Shown: positions 13,965 through 27,668 of the stretch, piece by piece
Position numbering within the stretch: position 1 is the first letter of the stretch
How the letters are laid out: each line of letters starts with the position of its first letter
Assembly: GCA_951406725.2 (NCBI GenBank)
Contig: OX597815.1
Coordinates: forward strand, 124,372,001-124,436,000
Direction of reading: 5' to 3'
DNA: 64,000 bases
Source of the DNA: Octopus vulgaris
Lineage: Eukaryota
Translations under genes and position numbers: made by a program
Notes under the pieces: model-generated
Database searches by the model: none
Told to the model about the DNA's origin: nothing
What the model saw: the letters and a program-made list of their open reading frames with translations, nothing else

Positions 13965-14150
13965 CGCCAGTAGCTTTCTTCAGCCGAATACACATCGTTG
14001 ATTGGTTGAAATTACCCAAATACGACAACTTTAACACGAATTAACTTCCAGAGTACGAAATTTTATCAAAATCGTTCAAAGTAAACCGTGTTCTACGTGA
14101 GAAATTCTACTAGTATTCGAAGTTTCAAAAAGTTTAGTTTGAAACATTAA
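13965..14150. mobile_element. Dispersed repeat, inverted relative of 22960-23140 (probable non-autonomous DNA element)
   Basis: GATTGGTTGAAATTACCCAAATACGACAACTTTAA is the reverse complement (1 mismatch) of TTAAAGTTGTCGTATTTCGGTAATTTCAACCAATC at ~23067-23101; homology extends to the TTCTAC.AGTAT.CGAAGTTT block. Confidence 0.7.
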
Positions 14151-14325
14151 TTAAAAAATCTGTGATGATTGTGATGGAATAGATCCAAATATAAAATAAC
14201 AATAAACTTATTGTATACAATGCTCAGATGCACTACACTTTATTTCTCAAAGATGAAGTATCAGTTAGTTTCGGATATTAGATTTGTCTTTTCGACGTAG
14301 GAACTAATCTAAACATCACTAACTA

Positions 14326-14666
14326 TCGTATTTGATGGCCTATAAGACGCACAAGTGCATAGGATGCCCCCTAGCCGAGGCTATACTTTTGTAAAATAAA
14401 TTACCACTAAAATAATGTTTTAATTCCTCCACTTACCTGTATAACTTTATGTTATTACCGGTAACTATAAGCAATTTATTGCATCCACGTTCGATATAAA
14501 CATACCGTAGGCGATTGTTCACCAATCGATGGCAGCACACGTTTTGTAAACATACATACTGTTCTGAGCGAGTTTTGAGCCTACATTGAGCGCCTTGGAT
14601 GCAGAAGGTGGGTGTTAAGCCATTTTAGGGTAATAAAAGGTTCGTCTTATAGGCCATCAAATATGG
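14326..14666. mobile_element. 341-bp MITE of the Tc1/mariner superfamily (Tc2/pogo-like CCGTA-type TIR)
   Basis: 24-bp TIRs TCGTATTTGATGGCCTATAAGACG (14326-14349) and CGTCTTATAGGCCATCAAATATGG (14643-14666), 22/24 matching; TA on both sides as TSD. Confidence 0.88.
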
Positions 14667-17035
14667 TAAAACTGTTTGCGCATCATAAATACAAGTACTG
14701 CAGACACAAGTTTAAAACCCTTAAGTTTAATTTTCTGGAAACACATTTCATGACATACCAAAGCACAACCGAACAGCAAGCGTATCCTGTTAGCTAAAAG
14801 GTAGAAAAAATATAAGGGAATATCAGTCATTTGCCATGCTTAAAATAGAATTTCAGGTATGACTGTTGCACGTTTTATCGCTTTTACTTCCCAAAACAGT
14901 TTCTAAAAGATGGGGAATGCCACACAAACAAATATTTACAAAATATCTCGACATTTTATGTATATTCCATTTCACAGAGAAATGAGTCTTCTTCTTTGTG
15001 TGCTTGGATAAAAATACATAATACGTATCATGCAACTGACTTCGTAAAGCAGATATTATTGAAGAGAATATTCGAGAATGTTCATACCTCACACGTGGAA
15101 TATGTAAGGGTTTTTATTTTCATCGTGATTACTCCCTTAGATAACTTATTGAATTACCAGACACAGTTCTATTTATGCGTATAAGTGTGTGTAAAAAGAA
15201 CAAGAGAAAACAAAAAAAAAAAGGAAAAATAAATAAAAAAGAATGAAAACAATAGTAATAGTTTGTAGAAGACTCAAATTCTTTAATTCATTGGGGAGAA
15301 GAAATAGGATTTAATGACATTACGTACGTGAATGTGATTTAATTTGAATCAGGAAATATTGATTTCTTTTTTTGGTAGAAAACTAATATTTACAATGAAA
15401 GTGACCGTAAAAGTGAACCGTTTCCACCGAATTATCAAGGTTCATTTATCGGTTCTGTAAAGTTGCAGATCCTGAGATTGGCAGAATCGTTGGAATACCG
15501 GATGAAATATCTAGTAGTCTTTAGTTATGGTTTTTAGCTCAAATTCCGCTAAAATTGACTTTACATTTATCCTTTCGCGGATAGATCGAAGCCTTGAGAC
15601 TAAGTCGATATTTTACTCACTCAGTTTTACCACAAACAAAGCTAGTGTAAGATATTTTAGTTTCTGCTACACATGGCACAGAATACGTATTCAATAATTA
15701 AAGTAAATTTTGACAAGATAACTGACAGAATGTAAGCCATTTCGACCAATACGTTGGCAGAAAGCAATTTTTTTATCTCTGTTCTTGATATGATACACAG
15801 ATTGGCCTGGCCGGCTGTCATTCTATGTGAATATGTCTGTGCTTATAGCTGTATGTGTACACATCTGTTTATATGTGTGTTCCTCTTCAGGATTTTCTCG
15901 ATGGTTAATTAGTTCATTGAGACCAAAAGTTTAATGAAGTGGCTATGCCGAGAAGATTACTTTTATGTTTTCTTGGTATTTAGTTTCCTAAACATGTGTG
16001 AAACTTCAGCTGAAGTTTATCAGTCTGAAAGTTGAAACCTAGGTCAGATATCCAGACACTGTTGCTGTTGATGGTGGCGATGATGATGATGATGATGTTC
16101 TTGTAATGCAAGTTCATAATGGTGTCGGCGATGGTGATGGTATTGATGGCGCTTGGTGGCTATAGTGGTATTGATGCTAATAGAGATAGAAGTGATGGTT
16201 GAGGTAATATTTGCATTAGTTATATTGACAGTGTGTGGAGGTGGTAGTCGGAAGAAAAGGTGAAGGGAAAGCATTGGAGTGTCACGGGAAATGATGAAAA
16301 CTAATCCAAGATGTAGACTTAAACAGCTGCGTAGGAAAAATAGCAAAATGATAAATAGATATGTTTGCTGTGAAACTGTTAGTAATCGGAGTTGAGTAAT
16401 GTAGATTAAAGTAAAACTTAGCTTCCAGTCTTTGTGTGTGTGTGTGTGTGCGCGCCCACATAATTGCAATGAATGTGTAAAGTAAACGGGAATCAATGTG
16501 TTTGCATGTGTGTCTCACGCACACATATACATGTTCTTATACATACATACATACACACACACACACATATATATATAGACATATCTACATATGTTTATAA
16601 ATACATAGACACGCACACGCAAGCACATGCACACACACACACACACACACTCATACATACACATACACACAGTAAAGGTGTATTCGTATCAAGGTGTTTG
16701 TGCGGTGCTAATCCCACATCCGGCCTGAAGGTAATAATTTCCTTCATTTATACTTTCAAACGTTCATACCCCTTCACTCGCACACACATAAACATTTAGT
16801 CGAGAAGTTGAAAAGCGTTGGGATGGTAAATGTTTTCAAAATATACTTCTTATTCTATAAAGTTTAAGGAAATACTAAACTAGATAGAATAGTTTCAGTT
16901 ATCTATAATATCTTTCTACATGTTTCTGCGTTACTGTTTTGTACGTGTATTACGCTTACGCCAAGGGTAGTAATAACTCGAATGTAGAACTATATATATA
17001 TATATATCAAAGGAAAGAGAAGTCGAGAATTAAGA

Positions 17036-17079
<44 letters not shown>

Positions 17080-17911
17080 GAGAGGAGGAGAAGGTCTCTA
17101 TTCTGCATTTGTGTGTTCAAATCGCAGGCTTACTCGAAATGCTTAACAGAATGAAACAATATCATGATGATTTATAAATTTATGCAATAAAAGATATATC
17201 GCTAGATAGTTAAATTAAAGTGAAATAACATTAGTTTAGCAAATATTACACTTTTATCTTTTACATATTCCAGACCAAAGGTTGTAGCCCTGTTGGAGCA
17301 CCGCTATTATTAATTTTATTTATTTGGTTTAAATACTTATCGGTATTGTGAGTGTAGACAGATACAAAAGGGAATGCAGATATGATTGTTAATTAGTTAG
17401 CTAGATGGATAGGTACGTAGGTGAGTCTACATATATATCAACAGATATGCAGATAGAGAAATATATTAATATACAAGTATATATGTAGCTGAGCTGAATT
17501 GAAATGAAAAGAAATGGAAATAATCTCAATTGGTAAATAACTTTGACCGAGCCATGGTGGTGGTTGGGCTGTGAAAAGGGTAGTTCGTTTTTTGTATAAA
17601 TTTATATATATACGAATAAGTTTTATCCTGTTAATTCATCTTCTACTTCCTTAAACTAAAAGACACACCTTATCTGTCAAATGTATCAAAAAAGGAAAAC
17701 AAGCAATACCTTCCAAGTTCATTTCGATTATATTTTAACATACAGTTTCGACTAAATGGAAGGATTTCAAAAGAATTTTTTGAAATTCCTTGCTTTACTA
17801 AATATGATAACAACGTTTTCAAATATGCTAACACCCTGTGGAATTTCTACAGGTTGAAGTAATAAATAAACATACTCTGTAGTTTTACAAAATAGTATGA
17901 GCACTTTTTAA

Positions 17912-18110
17912 AGGTGGGTAACTGGCAGAAACGTTAGCACGCCGCGTAAAATACTTAGCAGTATTGCGTCCATACATATGTTCCGAGTTCAAATTGCTTA
18001 TCTTCCTTTTGTGAGTAAGTAAAATAAGTATTAGTAGAGCACTGGGGTCGATGTAATCGGCTTACCCGCTCCCTCAGAGTTTCTGGTTTTATGCCAAAAT
18101 CTGAAACTAA
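17912..18110 (+). mobile_element. SINE family B, diverged copy
   Basis: CTGGCAGAAACGTTAGCACGCCG..GAGTTCAAATT..CACTGGGGTCGATGTAATCG. Confidence 0.75.
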
Positions 18111-18339
18111 TATAGGCTTTTGTTTTTGCGATCAAAACACGATCACATGGAAGTAGTACTATATTAGTTCGGTAACTTGTAGTGAATAAATTAGTAAAGT
18201 TTTGAACCTTTAGTTGTTGCGAACATATTCATATACAATCTTTACTGCATATGTTCTGTGTACTGAGATCAATTATTATTATTATTTTGTTTTTGAGTCT
18301 ATGAAAGCAGTAACTACAGTAAAAGTAATATATTGATGA

Positions 18340-18533
18340 CAAATTTTGACACAAGACCAGCAATTTCAGGGGGAGGGGTAAGTCGATCACATCGACCCTA
18401 ATTTTCAACTGGTACTTGTGTTATCGACTTTGGAAGGATGAAAGTCGACCTCTGTGGAATTTGAACGTAAAGACGGACGAAATACCGCTAAGCATCTAGC
18501 CCGGCATGCTAACGATTCTGCCGGCTCGCCGCT
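18340..18533 (-). mobile_element. SINE family B (tRNA head + Meta-like TTTCATCCTT..GTCGATAA core)
   Basis: Reverse complement of the family B consensus seen at 31093, 40374 and 50664. Confidence 0.8.
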
Positions 18534-21009
18534 TTTATATACTGAAATCGATTCAATGCACTATGCCAAAAAAAAAAAAAAGGAAAAAGAACTAGAAAAA
18601 TGAAAGAAAACTTCTGATCTAATCAAAATGATTATGGAATAATTGAAATCAGTATTGATTTTATTTGATCCCGATAAAATATTCATCCAATATATCAGAG
18701 TATAGATTCAATCGATAAATGTCATTGCCAATCTTGCAAAAATGATTTTGTATCTAGCCCACCTAATGTGTCATAATTACAATGTAGATTTTAAAAAAAC
18801 CTAAACTAAAATGCATTTAACTTCCAATAAAGATTTTAGGTAAATAAATTTCTACAATGATGAGATCACCTGCATTTGAAGTGTTTATATTTATTACTTG
18901 CGTTTTGAATTAAAAATGAATAGTTATTTTCTTCTTCGGCTCCGATATGGCCAGATGTTTCATGGATTCCATATTTCTCGGTTTCGAGGAAATATGTTGG
19001 ATAAAATGTTACAAAGTGTAGTTCTTCGCAAAATCGATTGGAAATTTTGACTGAATAAATAATTCTTTGACAGACAATTTGGGGACCCTAATTTGCATTG
19101 TCTTCATACTTGACGATTAGTTAGATTTTACTCTCCAGTGTTGAAATTTTCTCAAAGTAAAAACGAGAAGAAACAAAGTTTGTAGTTGTATTTTTTAATC
19201 ACCTATTCAATTATATGATACATATTTTTGTCTATAAAAACTCACTGCTATATGTAACTTAATTGAAAAGATTAAACTTAATCAATACTAATGTAATACT
19301 TAATACCTATAATCTACGATAATCTGCTAAATATATGTTTGTCGTGAATTCGCATGCGCAAAGTTATCCATCAATTATGTACACGCGCTTGTGTTTCGTT
19401 TTCTGTTATGTTATTTCTCCAATCCCATTCCTTTTAATGTTCTTATGAGAGGCACTAAAATCTTTAATTAATTAAGGACATGGCATGTATCGCTTTCATG
19501 AGTTTCACCATAAATGTCGATAATTCTGGGTGACGTACTAAAAACTTTACGAAGCCAAACAAATTATAAAGATGTCTCAAATTCAGATTCATCCGGACAC
19601 AAAATATTTCTAATAAATTGACTTATCCATGTTCAGTTTTCTTCAATGAGCAGCAAGATGAAGAAAAGAAACAGTAGATGGTGGTACTAAAAACAAGATG
19701 AGTGACAATAGTAACTATTTAAGCAATCTAGTTATCTAACAGAGTATATAATGTATTTTGGCGAGATTACGTATGGACGTGTAGGAAACTTCATTCGTCT
19801 ACCCAGTGTCTAGACCGTTCCGGAAACCGGATGCTAAAATCGAGTGTATATTTTAAAAGTATGTCAAGTACTTGCATTAGTTACAACTTTGCTTACAGTA
19901 TAATCAACAGCTGTATGATTATCTTGGAGTCAAATCGATGGTAAAGACTGGTACCCTAGCGAATTTTGTACACATTCCATACAGACTTTTTACACGTGTT
20001 AACAGGCATTAAGGATATTTTATTTTCAACTTTGGAAATCCCGAAATAAATCCTTAATTATTAGTCAAGTACATTTGGAATACTTTTCTAAACGTTCGAT
20101 GAGAAAAAAAAGAAAAAAGAATCTACTGAATACAATTTTGTCACTATTGCTTCGCTGCACCTTCAATATAAAAAAAAAACTGAACACATGCTTCATCACT
20201 TAAATGAAAGGAAAGTTAAATGAGAACTGAACAAACAGGAAATTGACGAATGGTTTTGGTTGTGTACAGCATTCAATAATCTCACGAGTGAATGAATGAA
20301 AAACTCACAGTAAGTCTAAAGTTAAAAAATAAGCGAATACTTTATTTTCTTCAGTAATTTGTCAATACCATTTTCCGGTTAATGGATATCATTTTCTCTT
20401 TTCATATTTCCTGCTTACTGAGAAGCAGCCTTATCAGATGTCTTAGTGTTTTGCTATGTCAAATCCTTTTTCTTTCTTTTTCTTTTCTTTTTCGTATCTG
20501 TTTACAGAATCGTATCCTTGGTCTTTTCCGTATTAACGACAACACTGATTTAACTTTAAAATGCAGTATAAACTTTTACATTAAACTTATTTTACATATC
20601 ATTACTTTAACCGTTTAATAACTATTTCTGAACAATGAAATTTGGCACTAGTTACTAAGTAAATATTTAGTGTGAAGGGAACAGTTCAAACGGCAGTATT
20701 TATGTCTAATTAATTTACCTTCTAACGAATGGCAGATGTGATATTTTTAAGGGAGGAAGAGGTAGAGAGAAGAAACATTCCATTTTTCACCGGGGGAAAA
20801 AGAAGATTAAAAGAGAATGATAAAATATATTACTATGTTTCAGCTTATCTATTCGCAGAGATTTCAGTTTCCAGTTTCACTTTATTTAATTAAACGTGAT
20901 GGCTGTATGTATGTATGTATGTATGTATGTATGTATGTATGTATGTATGTATGTATGTATGTATGTATGTATGTATGTTTGTGTGTTTATGTGTGTATAT
21001 AAATATACA

Positions 21010-21378
21010 TTCTTTTATTCTTTTATTTGTTTCAGTCATTTGACTGCGGCCATGCTGGAGCATCGCCTTTAGTCGAGAAAATCGACCCCAGGACTTATTC
21101 TTTATAAGCCTAGTACTTATTCTGTCAATCTCTTTTTGCCGAACCACTAAGTTATGGGGACATAAACAAACCAACATCGGTTGTCAGACACACACAAACA
21201 CACACACACACACATACGACGGGCTTCTTTCAGTTTCCGTCTACCAAATCCACTCACAAGGCTTTGGTCGGCCCGAGGCTATAGTAGAAGACACTTGTTC
21301 AAGGTGCCACGCAGTGGGACTGAATCCGGAACCATGTGGTTGGTAAGCAAGGTACTTACCATACAGCCACTCCTGCGC
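21010..21378 (-). mobile_element. SINE family A
   Basis: Full head GGCGCAGGAGTGGCTGTATGGTAAG and tail CCAGCATGGCCGCAGTCAAATGACTGAAAC on the minus strand. Confidence 0.9.
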
Positions 21379-21640
21379 CGATATATATATATTGTAGGTA
21401 TGTGTATGCGTGCATGTGTGTGTATATGCCAGCGTCTTTAAGTTATATATAATGTTGCAATGTAGTGGAATAGAAAGGAGATAGTAAGATATACAAGATA
21501 AATATCAACAGTGCGATCCTTGTAAAGAACTAATTGTAGTGCCGAACACTTTTTAGTCATCAAATGTCACCCGCTGCAGGATTATGTATTATATAGGTAT
21601 GCATGCATGTATACACACACAGCGCACACGCGCGCATTTG

Positions 21641-21676
<36 letters not shown>

Positions 21677-21880
21677 TATATACTGATGGATATTGATATG
21701 CATTTTTGTTTGCGTGTATATTTTGTGAAGTCCCAGTTAGTTTGTCCTTCATAATAAATTTGACTTCAACCACACTTACGTGTGTGTGTGTGCGTGTGTG
21801 TGTGTATGAGAGAAAGAGAGAGACAGACAGACAGAGAGCGTGAGAGAGATAAAGAGAGGGAGAGAGAGAAACAAAGAGAA

Positions 21881-21915
<35 letters not shown>

Positions 21916-22230
21916 TTGTGCGTATGTGTGTTAGTGAAAGCTGTATAATCAACTTAAAGAATTTTTATTGTGTATTCCACTATTAATAGTTTTTAGCAGT
22001 GTTTCTAACACCGACATGCAAACTAACACATCACCATGTTAGTAATATGCCTCTTCGGCTTGGCTGTATAAAGTTTCTTCTTAGCATCTTCGGAATTTAA
22101 ACGTATTCTAATAAGGGCTCAAACGTAAATGAAACACAGTTCATCATGGTAGCAAAAATGATATGTATATTAGCTGAGTTGTAACGGCACATTAAGACTA
22201 CATATGCTTTAAACATCTCTCTTCTCTCTT

Positions 22231-22358
<128 letters not shown>

Positions 22359-22959
22359 TTGCAATAGTGAATATGTCAATATATATAATTTTCTTGTTTA
22401 CTGATAATGTTTTCACGGTTACCAAATTTACAACAATACGTAAAAGATTAGCACAACTTTGTGAATGCTTAGAGGGCATTTTTATAAATAGCTTGGAATA
22501 TTTCTTATCGGTACCATGATGAGCGAAGGTAACCGAAATCTGAAGAAGGCGTAAAAGCGTAAAAACGTTTGATTGATACCCATCTCATACTGCCAGGAAT
22601 TTGGAATTTATGTATTATACTGTGTATATATATATATATATATATATAGATTGTTGCATGTTTTAATATTCATATTCATTATTTGTGATATAGGTATGAT
22701 ACTGAGTATCACACCTATATCTGTCTATTTGTCTCTTTGTCAGTCAGTCAGTGTGTCTATGTATCGTTTACTGGTTTTAGTTATTGGACTTCAATCATTG
22801 GGGGAAACGCCTTCAAAAGTCCTTTGTCAATTATATCAACCGCAGTGTTTATTTCATCGATTTCTGTTTGTGGAACAATTAAATTACCATACATAAACAT
22901 AAAACGGCAGAGCATACCGTATATACCTTTCGACCGGCAAATTTAGAAAATAATTTTTT

Positions 22960-23140
22960 GTAAATAAACACTTTCAAACTTCGTATACTGGTAGAATGTG
23001 TCATATAAAATATCTTTTACTCTTAGCGTTTTTGAGAAAAGTTTATATTTACGAAGTTATTTCATTTTAAAGTTGTCGTATTTCGGTAATTTCAACCAAT
23101 CAATGACGTATATTCAGCTGAATAAAATTACTGCCGTTGT
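22960..23140. mobile_element. Dispersed repeat homologous to 13965-14150
   Basis: Inverted homology to the 14-kb copy; element may extend further on both sides. Confidence 0.65.
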
Positions 23141-23525
23141 TTGTCGCAGTTCAGCGTTTTGCGTTCGTCTTAGAGGTGCCCTTTGTCAAAAAATATCATT
23201 CGTAGCAAACGTTCTCTCGACATCATTCACATGCGATTGACTCGGACTCAGAAGTTACAGCCCGAATTGTTATCTCTGATCGTAAAAATTAAAAGTAATT
23301 CAAATTCAATGTTTTCTTGAAACATTAAATTTCTATAGAGATTAAGATTTAAATTCTAATCTATGAAAAGTTTCCATTCTAAAATATTTTTAAAGGAAAG
23401 AAAAATTATCCAGCAACTGGAGCTAATTCGAACGAGCCTGGTTGGTATAAAAGACTAAGGGGCATCTCTTCTCAAGAGTATAGGCGACAGTCAGATCGTT
23501 GATGTTTTGTTGTGCATTCCGCTGT

Positions 23526-23558
<33 letters not shown>

Positions 23559-23560
23559 TA

Positions 23561-23681
23561 TTGGCCTGGTTGTTTAGCCACTGGGGTGGCGTCATTTGAA
23601 GGCTAAAACAATGCGAAGCGCATTGTGACCAGCGATGTGTAGCAACATCTGATGGCCTGGTCGGTCACGTGATCACGTGAT
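23561..23681 (+). mobile_element. Short structured retroelement 3' tail inserted in (TA)n
   Basis: GC-richer island between (TA)n tracts; hairpins CAATGCG/CGCATTG and GATGT/ACATC; ends in (CACGTGAT)2. Confidence 0.6.
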
Positions 23682-23887
23682 ATATATATGTGTATGTATA
23701 TAAGTATATATATATGTATATATGTAAGTATATATATATATATATGTAAGTATATATATGCATATATATATGTATGCATATATATATATCTATCTGCATG
23801 CATATATATATATGTATGTATTTATATATGTATATATGTATGTATATATATGTATACATATATGTAAATATATATGTATGTATGTAA

Positions 23888-23922
<35 letters not shown>

Positions 23923-24087
23923 AGTATATGTATATGTGTGTATATATATGTATATATATATATATATGTATATATATGTATATATATATATATAAATGTA
24001 TATATATATATATATGAATATATATACATGTATATATATGTATATGTATACATATACATACATATATACACACACACACACACACAT

Positions 24088-25324
24088 ATTATGGAGGTGT
24101 ACTTGCATGGCAAGTGACTTGATCTGAGATCATGTGCTGAAACAAAAACAATTGCAACGTGGAAGATGTTTGTAAGCCAGATATACCCTCAAGTGTTCGG
24201 ATAGCCACCCTTGCAAGCTATGGAGATGATACGAAAGTCTCGCAGAAAATACAGAACAACAACGATGTTGCACACCTGCAGCAGGAGTTGGACTCAATTT
24301 ACAGATGGGCTGAGAATAATAATATGCAGTTTAATGCTGAACAATTCCAAGACCTGCATTACAAGCAACCAAAACTGAATATGAAACTTACAGGGTACAC
24401 CAGTCTACAGGGAATTTCAATCCCAGAGCCTAAATCAGTGAGGGACCTGGGTATCGACATGAGTGATGATGCCTCTTTCCAAGTGCACATTACCAGGATG
24501 GCGACAAAATGCAGACGACTGGCTGGATGGATCCTAAGAATATTTAGAACCAGAGATAAGGAAACCATGATGGTCCTCTGGCGGACATTCGTCCTCAGCC
24601 GCCTGGATTACTGCTTACAGATATGGTCATCCACCAGTGTGAAATTAACAGCGGACCTTGAAGCAATCCAGAGATGATTCACAAAGAAGATCGTCTGTTT
24701 GCAACAGCTGAGCTACTGGGAAAGGTTGAAACAGCTAAGTCTCTACTCCCTGGAGAGAAGACTGGAGAGGTATGCAGTAATATATATCTGGAAGATCCTG
24801 GAAGGAATTGTGACAAATTTTGGCATTGAAAGCTACACCAATGCCAGAATGTGACGACACTGCATAGTGCCAAAGATCCCAGCAACGCCATCGCGCTTGA
24901 GGACCATTTACTGCAACAGCCTGGGTTTCAAGGGCCCACAGCTTTTTAATATTCTCCCAAAGAGTCTGAGGAACCTGCACAAAGTAGATGTAGGGGTTTT
25001 TAATCAAAGCTGTCGAGAGTCCCAGATGAACCTACCTCACGGCAAGAGGTGCAAATGAGAGTAGCAATATAAAACTCCATTCTTCACCAAGTGCCACATA
25101 TTAGAGGAGGCTCTTAGTAATAACGGTGTAGCAAAACCGCGGTGCATTAGCATGGCCGCAGCTCTGAGCTGAAACTAGAGAGAAAGAAAAAAAGCCATTT
25201 AAGAACAAGTCGCGGTTTCAAAGTGACGAAGATGTTTTGACACCAATGAAATTTAAACGTTGAAGGGAATCTAACGGTTTTTGTGCGTTCTTAAATGGCC
25301 TACAAACACCTTCCACATTGCAAT
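24088..25324. mobile_element. Short fold-back element (24088-24179 + 25198-25324), probable Penelope-type end with inverted segment, split by a LINE
   Basis: With the LINE removed, 24151-24179+25198-25206 and 25287-25324 form 38-bp inverted arms (35/38); flanked by microsatellites. Confidence 0.65.
24180..25191 (+). mobile_element. 5'-truncated CR1/L2-group LINE (RT pseudogene + 3' UTR) with AAGCCA target-site duplication
   Basis: LASYGDDTKV (YADD-like), MQFNAEQFQ, VRDLGI, FVLSRLDYC, NSLGFKGPQLFNILP; stops and frameshifts; A-rich end; AAGCCA at 24174-24179 and 25192-25197. Confidence 0.9.
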
Positions 25325-25366
25325 ATACATATATACATACATACACGCACACACACATATATATAT

Positions 25367-25642
<276 letters not shown>

Positions 25643-27241
25643 CAGGATACCGTATTACATGTTACTTAAATGTTATAGCGCACAAAATGAACAAGCAAAT
25701 TTAAAGAAGAATTTATTTGTCAATATGAATTAAAGTTGTATTTTACAGATTACTGACACGAAACGAAAACGCTTCGAAGGAAGTATTTATAACATCTCAC
25801 TTTCCTATTTAGTTCACTGGTAAAATTGCTTTTGCTTTCACTGGAATTTTTTTAATAGCGACATGAAATACGAGTATCTTCTTTTTGTTATTTAAAACGT
25901 ACAGCGATTTGTTTGCTATTTTTTGTAGTATTTAAAGGTATCAATCTTTCATTGCTTGTAAATATGAAATATGAAAAACATATATATGTACACACATGTA
26001 AATGCGCACGCACACACACACATATGCTTACACATTTGTGAAAAGCCAACAGGACAACAGTGAATTCCGTATTTGTTAAAAAAGAAGTAAGAAAATAAAA
26101 GAATCATATGTATCTCTCCAGTAACGCTTTACGCGTTTCAAATAGTTGCCCTCATTTTTCCTGTCCAGAAATGTGGCTAGTGTTCTGAATTGAAGAGGTT
26201 ATATATTTGTTGCTTTTGTAACGTTCAGATTTTACTCACTCGATAAAGTATTTCATGAGAAATATCAAGAGCTCACATTTCTTTCTGAAACCGAAACTGA
26301 TAGATTTACAACATTTTATCTTGTCACTGAATATTTTGACACTGTTATATCTAATGCTCGCAGACATCGCTCTTCTATTTCGTTCACGAAGTTTTAAAGA
26401 TATGTTCCATGCAATAAAAGTACGGAGGTATGTTGTTCGATTGAGTAGGGTCGTCTCAATTCTCTTCAACTATCATGTACTAGAAAATACTAAAAAAATT
26501 GATTAGTCTAAGAATTTATAATTAGGAGAATACTTTAATTTCTTAAATATCTTACAATATAACTAATCGGGGTTTTCAAAACCATGGCCTAAAATGTGTA
26601 ATTTCATTTTCATCGAACTTGAACCCGGTGTAACAAATGCTCAAATTTCAGTTATAAAGCATCATAAATCAACATAAACTCGCTTTGAAAAGAGAGTGAG
26701 TTTATGCTTCTCGGTTATGCGTTCACAGCGTTTTAAACCAAAGGCGTAAAACTATTTTAGTTTCAAGGTAACATAGGCACATCTGCACAGAAAAAAAACA
26801 AGAATAAACATTTAATTTTACAAATATACAGATATGAAAATGGTATTACATTATGTTTTGCTGTTGAGACTTAACCTTCGTCAGTGATTTGCTTTAAATT
26901 GGAAGACACAAGCAAAATCGTTAGCGAGTGAGACTTTTTCTCATCTCTGTTTTAAAATAAATAGTACGAAGACCATATAGCCTTATAGTGTATTAGAAGT
27001 CGTATATAAATCTCAACGACCCGCACAGAAAGCTTAAATATTAATTGAATTGCAAGGAGATTAAATTTCCATAGATACTGACGGAGGTTTTAAAATTGCG
27101 AGTGCAAAAAGCAATACACAATTTTGTACGTCTACTCAATTCTCTGTGGGTAATACAATTCTCTTTTAGGTCGATATATTTTTATAATGTCGAAAACTTT
27201 ATAGTGTGTGTGCGCCCGTGTATATGCATGCATAGATGTGT

Positions 27242-27668
27242 AGGCGCAGGAGTGGCTATGTGGTAAGAAGCTGTGTATTAAGAAGCTTGCTTCCCAACTA
27301 CATGGTTCCGGGTTCAGTCCCACTGCGTGGCACCTCGGGCAAGTGTCCTCTACTATTGCCTCGGGCCGACCAAAGCCTTGTGAGTGGATTTGGTAGACGA
27401 AAATTGAAAGAAGCCCGTCATATATATATATATATGTATATGTATATATGCGTGTCTGTCTTTGTGTCTGTTTGTCTCCCTCCGGTCGCTTGACAACCGA
27501 TGTTGGTGAGTTTATGTCCCCGTAACATAGCGGTTCGGCAAAAGAGACCGATAGAATAAGTACCAAGCTTACAAAGAATAAGTCCCGGGGTCGATTTCTT
27601 CGACTAAAAGACGGTGCTCCAGCATGGCCGCAATCAAATGACTGAAAGAAGTAAAAGAGTAAAAGAGT
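27242..27668 (+). mobile_element. SINE family A, full length
   Basis: GGCGCAGGAGTGGCTATGTGGTAAG (A box), GGTTCAGTCC (B-box-like), CACCTCGGGCAAGTGTC core, internal (TA)n(TG)n, tail CCAGCATGGCCGCAATCAAATGACTGAAA, terminal GTAAAAGA repeats. Confidence 0.9.

Noticed and set aside
14431-14445. Minus-strand CAG|GTAAGT as another recursive splice site
   Set aside because: No polypyrimidine tract, and it lies inside a MITE.
16044-16496. 150-aa His-rich ORF on the minus strand
   Set aside because: Built from degenerate (GAT/GGT)n and (GT)n repeats; no domain or splice support.
26860-26890. Minus-strand CTGACGAAGG as a hammerhead core
   Set aside because: No closing stem II or GAAA downstream.
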